Source: an uncultured Planctomycetota bacterium (lineage in GTDB: Bacteria; Planctomycetota; Planctomycetia; Isosphaerales; Isosphaeraceae). Taken from it: DNA of 64,000 nt. Position 1 is the stretch's first letter. The number at the start of each line of letters is the position of its first letter. Below the pieces are notes generated by a model that ran no database searches, was not told where the DNA came from, and worked only from the letters and a program-made list of their open reading frames with translations. This document shows, piece after piece, positions 60,261 to 64,000 of this stretch. The translations under genes were made by a program, and so were the position numbers. The stretch spans positions 896,001-960,000 of the forward strand of contig CAWGMQ010000008.1 in the NCBI GenBank assembly GCA_963823665.1. The letters are read 5' to 3'.

Positions 60261-61127
60261 TCATTCCCTCGTCCCCCACCCCTTCGGAACGCCCGCCGTG
60301 TCTTCCGGCTTCACGATAACCTGTGATATGTCAATGTCCTGATGCATATCGCTTTCGGCAACTTTGAGACGGTTCTCAAGCTGTGCAATCCGCTGCTCGA
60401 GCAAGAGCACGCGGCCCTCGAGCTCGTCGGGCCGCCGGGTGCGGGGAACCTCGGGGTACCCGAGCTGCCGCTGGAGCGCCGCGAAGAGATACATGGGATC
60501 GCGCCCACGGTTGGCCCGGGCGATCTTCCCTTCCTTCTCGCCGAACAGCGTTGGAAACTTCGGAATGTAGTCAGGGTTCAATCGCTGCCGCTCCCTGACG
60601 AATTGCTCGCTCCGTACGAAGATCAGGTCGGCGAAGTCAACGTCACCGAGCCGGGTGCGCAGCGTCAGGATGTAGTCTCGCCATTCGTCAGTATAGATCG
60701 GGTCGTCCGCCATCCCCGCCAGCCCTTTGTTGTAGCCCAGCCGGTTCCGCGCCAGCGCCTCGAACTGGAACACGAAAAGCGCCGGCAGCGGCGGCCCATC
60801 GGATTTGAACTTGGCTTCGCGCTCCAGCACGAGCAGGGCTTGCTCCATCGGAAACCGGCTCGTGTCGTTCTCGGCCTGATTGATGACGTGCGCCTGGAAC
60901 GGCGTGAAATAATGGCCGATCCGCTCCATGGCCGGGCCCATCACCCCGGTGCTCTTCATCTCGGTGTGCAAGAACGAGACCGCGATCGGCAGCTTGGTCG
61001 TCGAGAGCAGCTCCTCACCAATCCGCGCCAGGATCTCTTGCGACGGCAGCCCATCGACCAGGCGTTCCCGCAAGGTCCGGAAGAAATAAACCTGCTCGAT
61101 ATATTCCTCACGCTCGAGCACGGGCAT
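60261..61127 (-). CDS. Conserved hypothetical protein
   Basis: Long ORF with natural composition (LEREEYIEQVYFFR...LFGEKEGKIARANRGRDPMYLFAALQRQLGYP) and a coiled-coil end. Confidence 0.8.
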   Translation of the reverse strand: MPVLEREEYIEQVYFFRTLRERLVDGLPSQEILARIGEELLSTTKLPIAVSFLHTEMKSTGVMGPAMERIGHYFTPFQAHVINQAENDTSRFPMEQALLVLEREAKFKSDGPPLPALFVFQFEALARNRLGYNKGLAGMADDPIYTDEWRDYILTLRTRLGDVDFADLIFVRSEQFVRERQRLNPDYIPKFPTLFGEKEGKIARANRGRDPMYLFAALQRQLGYPEVPRTRRPDELEGRVLLLEQRIAQLENRLKVAESDMHQDIDISQVIVKPEDTAGVPKGWGTRE

Positions 61128-61179
61128 TGCGTCAGTCCTCGGTCTTCGAGCTGGAATCCTCGGTTACAGGCGCACTTCT

Positions 61180-61788
61180 TTAGCCCGGCGCACGACGACC
61201 GCCACCCAACCGCACCATCTCGGGAACCGGCAAGACCGGATGGTCCGCCAGCAGCGTTGGCCTCGAAACCAGCGGCATCGGCATGAAGTGCCGCGCTGCG
61301 AGCTTCGGCGATCCCATCACACATTCCTTCTCGAGCACATAATAGCGATTGTATTGCTCGATCACGAAGTTGGTGGGCTCGAGATTGAAACGATCCAGGG
61401 CCTCGAGCCAGCGGCGGTTGAACCGAAGAGCGGCCGCGAGCAGGTCGCTCGCAACGCTCTGCCGGCGCCTGATCGAAGCGTCCGACTCGGCCCACCGCGG
61501 CGGCGCCGCGCCGGCAAGCGCCCACAACGGCTCGATCGTGTTCGTGAATACGCCGTGCCAGCTCTCCGGCCCGGCGGCGGCGGCGCACCACTGCCGCAGT
61601 CTCAGCCGCACCATGTCGAGCATCGTGCTGCGCGTCTTCTCGCAACGGTCGTGCAAACGGCGAACCGCCGCCTCGACGTCTTGCCCGCGCCGCGCGAATG
61701 CGGGCAGATCGAACAACCCCATCAGCTCCTTGACATCGGCTTCGATGTCGCTGTTCAAGGTCGGTGTGGCGTCGTCTGTATCGTCCAC
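61180..61788 (-). CDS. Conserved hypothetical protein
   Basis: LMGLFDLPAFARRG...YNRYYVLEKECVMGS. Confidence 0.75.
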   Translation of the reverse strand: MDDTDDATPTLNSDIEADVKELMGLFDLPAFARRGQDVEAAVRRLHDRCEKTRSTMLDMVRLRLRQWCAAAAGPESWHGVFTNTIEPLWALAGAAPPRWAESDASIRRRQSVASDLLAAALRFNRRWLEALDRFNLEPTNFVIEQYNRYYVLEKECVMGSPKLAARHFMPMPLVSRPTLLADHPVLPVPEMVRLGGGRRAPG

Positions 61789-61882
61789 GACTGGGCTCGC
61801 TTCAATGTTGCTCGGAAAGCGGCATGGCCCGCGGCACGCCCGATCGATCGATCGAGCCGCCGGCCGGGTCAGAGGATCGGAT

Positions 61883-63538
61883 TCATTTCCCCGGTTCCGG
61901 CGGACTGGCCATCGTGACCAACTTGTTCAAGCTGCGGCGATAATGCCAGAGCTGGCGCTTGGGGCCAAGGGCTTCGGTGCGCTGCGACTGCGCCCGGGCC
62001 GCTGCCTGGAGCGCCTTCTCCGGGGCCTCTCCGCTCAAGGCCGCCAACCGCCCTTTGGATAGATCGACCAGGTAATCCGCTGCGCCGTGCACCCGCAGCC
62101 CGGGCACAACTCGCTCGAGCCTCAAGGTGTCGCTGACGGCGATGGCCCACTGCCGCGAATCGACGTCCGGCGCGGCGGTCGGGTCCGGCAGCCCCTGGCC
62201 GAGCTGGCTCGCGCGCACCGGCAGCATCGGGAAACTCCGCTCGGCGCGCAGGCGGTTCAAGTTATCGGGGCCGGCGAGATACATGGCGAAGTCCAGGGCA
62301 GCCTCCCGCTGCGTGCCCTCGATGTTCTTGCTGATCCCGATCAGCCAGCCGCCCCCTTTGGACAGATAGCTGGGGCGATTCAAAGGCGTTGCCTCCGCCC
62401 AGTCTTTTCGCATCGGATCGTAGACGCGTTCCGAGCCCGGCAACGCCGCGACTCCAACCGGTTTCCCGCCCGACCATGTCCCCACTTGCTCGGCCCGGTC
62501 GATCAACATGGCGGCCCGCCCGTCGCGGAAGGCCTGACGGGCAGCGGCCGCATCGAACCCTTCGACACCGCCAGGGCCAAGCTTCTTCCACTCCACGAAC
62601 TCCTTCAGTGCCTCGACGAACGGAGGTGAATCGATCCGCGGTGTAAAAGCGTCCGAATCGAACAGGAACGAAAAATGATCGCGATGCTGACCCAAGCTCG
62701 CGGCCCGCGCCAGGAACGCCGCGTCGCCGATGCACTCCAGCTCGGCGCCGCCCGCTCCCATCGCCAGCACGATGCCGTGCTGCGGCTTGCCGCCGCCGCT
62801 CCAGTCGCGGCCATTGAAAAACCTGGCGAGGGCATCGAGTTCGCTCCACGTCTTGGGCGGCTTGAGCTCGATCCCCGCCGCTCGCGCGGCTGCACGGTTG
62901 GCGCCATTCTCGAATGCATCGCGGCGATAGGCCAGAACCAGAGCCGTCGCCCCGCACGGTAGCGCCATTCGGTCGTCGCCATAACAGCTCACCTGCTCGC
63001 GGAACGCCGGGACGAAATCCATGTATTGCAGCGCTTCGGTGCCCTGGTCCGACGCGCTGCTCCCCTCGGTCCTGGCCCGCTCGCCGGGCTCCGTCTCCAC
63101 TGGTTTAGCAGGCATGACGGCCGAATTCGGGATCACGGCAATCGCACCGGCATCAACCAGGTCGCCGAGTCTCTGCCCCGAAAAGATCACGACGTCCGCA
63201 GCCAGCGGCGCCTTGGGGGCGACCAGGTCCTCGACCGTCGCGATCTGGCCGCCCCGCGAGGCTTCCCACTCGCCCCGCAACAGGGAAACCCCGGTCAGAA
63301 TGGCCCGATCGTCAACCGCTCCCACTTTGAGAGTGATGCCGCGAAACGACGGCGTCTGCGCCTTGGGAGGACCCGGATCGCCCCAGCACCCCGGCAGAAG
63401 AACGCCGGCAGCAAGCACGAGCCAGCACGCGAGGCGCCGTGCTCGCCTGATCCGTGAGAAACCCGCGTGTGCGTCCCGATCAGCTCCGTATTCACCGCAC
63501 CAGGCCCGCCGTACTGCCAGGAACCCCATACGCAGCAC
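61883..63538 (-). CDS. ABC-type extracellular solute-binding lipoprotein (family 1-like); true start probably further downstream
   Basis: Lipobox LPGC; LAYRRDAF, PPKTWSEL, F.DGRAAM, LPGS. Confidence 0.8.
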   Translation of the reverse strand: MLRMGFLAVRRAWCGEYGADRDAHAGFSRIRRARRLACWLVLAAGVLLPGCWGDPGPPKAQTPSFRGITLKVGAVDDRAILTGVSLLRGEWEASRGGQIATVEDLVAPKAPLAADVVIFSGQRLGDLVDAGAIAVIPNSAVMPAKPVETEPGERARTEGSSASDQGTEALQYMDFVPAFREQVSCYGDDRMALPCGATALVLAYRRDAFENGANRAAARAAGIELKPPKTWSELDALARFFNGRDWSGGGKPQHGIVLAMGAGGAELECIGDAAFLARAASLGQHRDHFSFLFDSDAFTPRIDSPPFVEALKEFVEWKKLGPGGVEGFDAAAARQAFRDGRAAMLIDRAEQVGTWSGGKPVGVAALPGSERVYDPMRKDWAEATPLNRPSYLSKGGGWLIGISKNIEGTQREAALDFAMYLAGPDNLNRLRAERSFPMLPVRASQLGQGLPDPTAAPDVDSRQWAIAVSDTLRLERVVPGLRVHGAADYLVDLSKGRLAALSGEAPEKALQAAARAQSQRTEALGPKRQLWHYRRSLNKLVTMASPPEPGK

Positions 63539-63781
63539 CCACCACCCTCATCAATTCGAATCGAGATTTCACGGTCAAGAGTCGTCACGACCATCCATCG
63601 TACGCGACCCGGGCGCGGACGGTCAAATCCGGCGTGCGGATAGTGACGTGGTCGCGAGTATGCCCGTTCGATTGTGAGAACGAGGCATTTCGCGATACAA
63701 CATAGGTCAGATTCTCGATGTAGAGTAAACTGGCATCGAGTGCTGAAGCACAACAGTCGATCCCGTGCGGAGAGCCACACG

Positions 63782-64000
63782 ATGCGACTGCTTCGAGGAC
63801 GACTTGTCTTCCACCTCCGCCTGCTCATGTTGATCGTCCTCGTTCTGGGCCTGTGGATGGGGTGGAAGGTCAACCGCGCACAGCCAGCGCCGCGCCGTTG
63901 CGACGGTTCGTCATTACAATGGGCACGTCCGATATGACTACGAATACGTCGGCGGACGCGAGATCCCGAACGGCCGACCCTGGGCACCCGCGTGGCTGCG
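63782..64000 (+). CDS. N-terminus of a membrane-anchored protein (type usually followed by LRRs); frameshift near 63885; runs off the window
   Basis: FHLRLLMLIVLVLGLWMGWKVNRA, then in a shifted frame QRRAVATVRHYNGHVRYDYE...PWAPAWL. Confidence 0.6.

Overview
GC-rich bacterial DNA that looks like a planctomycete (Isosphaeraceae-like). This is inferred from a DUF1559 prepilin gene, ECF sigma factors with long C-terminal extensions, several Ser/Thr kinases, ASPIC/UnbV and Hint-domain proteins, and typical intergenic palindromes. About 45 genes are supported: a kinase pair, an aldolase/lipoyl-E1alpha/E1beta operon, msrA, BlaI/BlaR1(M56) with a clear promoter/operator, an ECF-DUF1559-AhpD cluster, Rpn-like fragments, an arylsulfotransferase/AlkP-phosphodiesterase/sulfotransferase operon, a GH29 fucosidase, three tandem membrane-tethered ECF sigma factors, MBL-ASPIC and FG-GAP proteins, and a MazEF-type TA pair. 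Many genes carry 1-2 nt frameshifts, often in C/G runs, so the assembly probably has indel errors. No rRNA, tRNA, CRISPR array or intact transposase was seen. Best leads: (1) a ~280-nt minus-strand structured RNA candidate with a long-range pseudoknot (9857-10131), between ~190-bp direct repeats; (2) two paralogous exported Cys-motif leader ORFs ending IF(R/H)PP, resembling ribosome-arrest sensors, upstream of an ECF gene and a DUF1559-AhpD operon; (3) an array and an orphan copy of Rpn-like C-terminal mini-genes; (4) ECF sigma factors fused to secretin-like N-domains; (5) a stand-alone LxxLGY-tail protein in the sulfo/phospho-transfer operon. All family calls come from motif recognition by eye; no database search was run.
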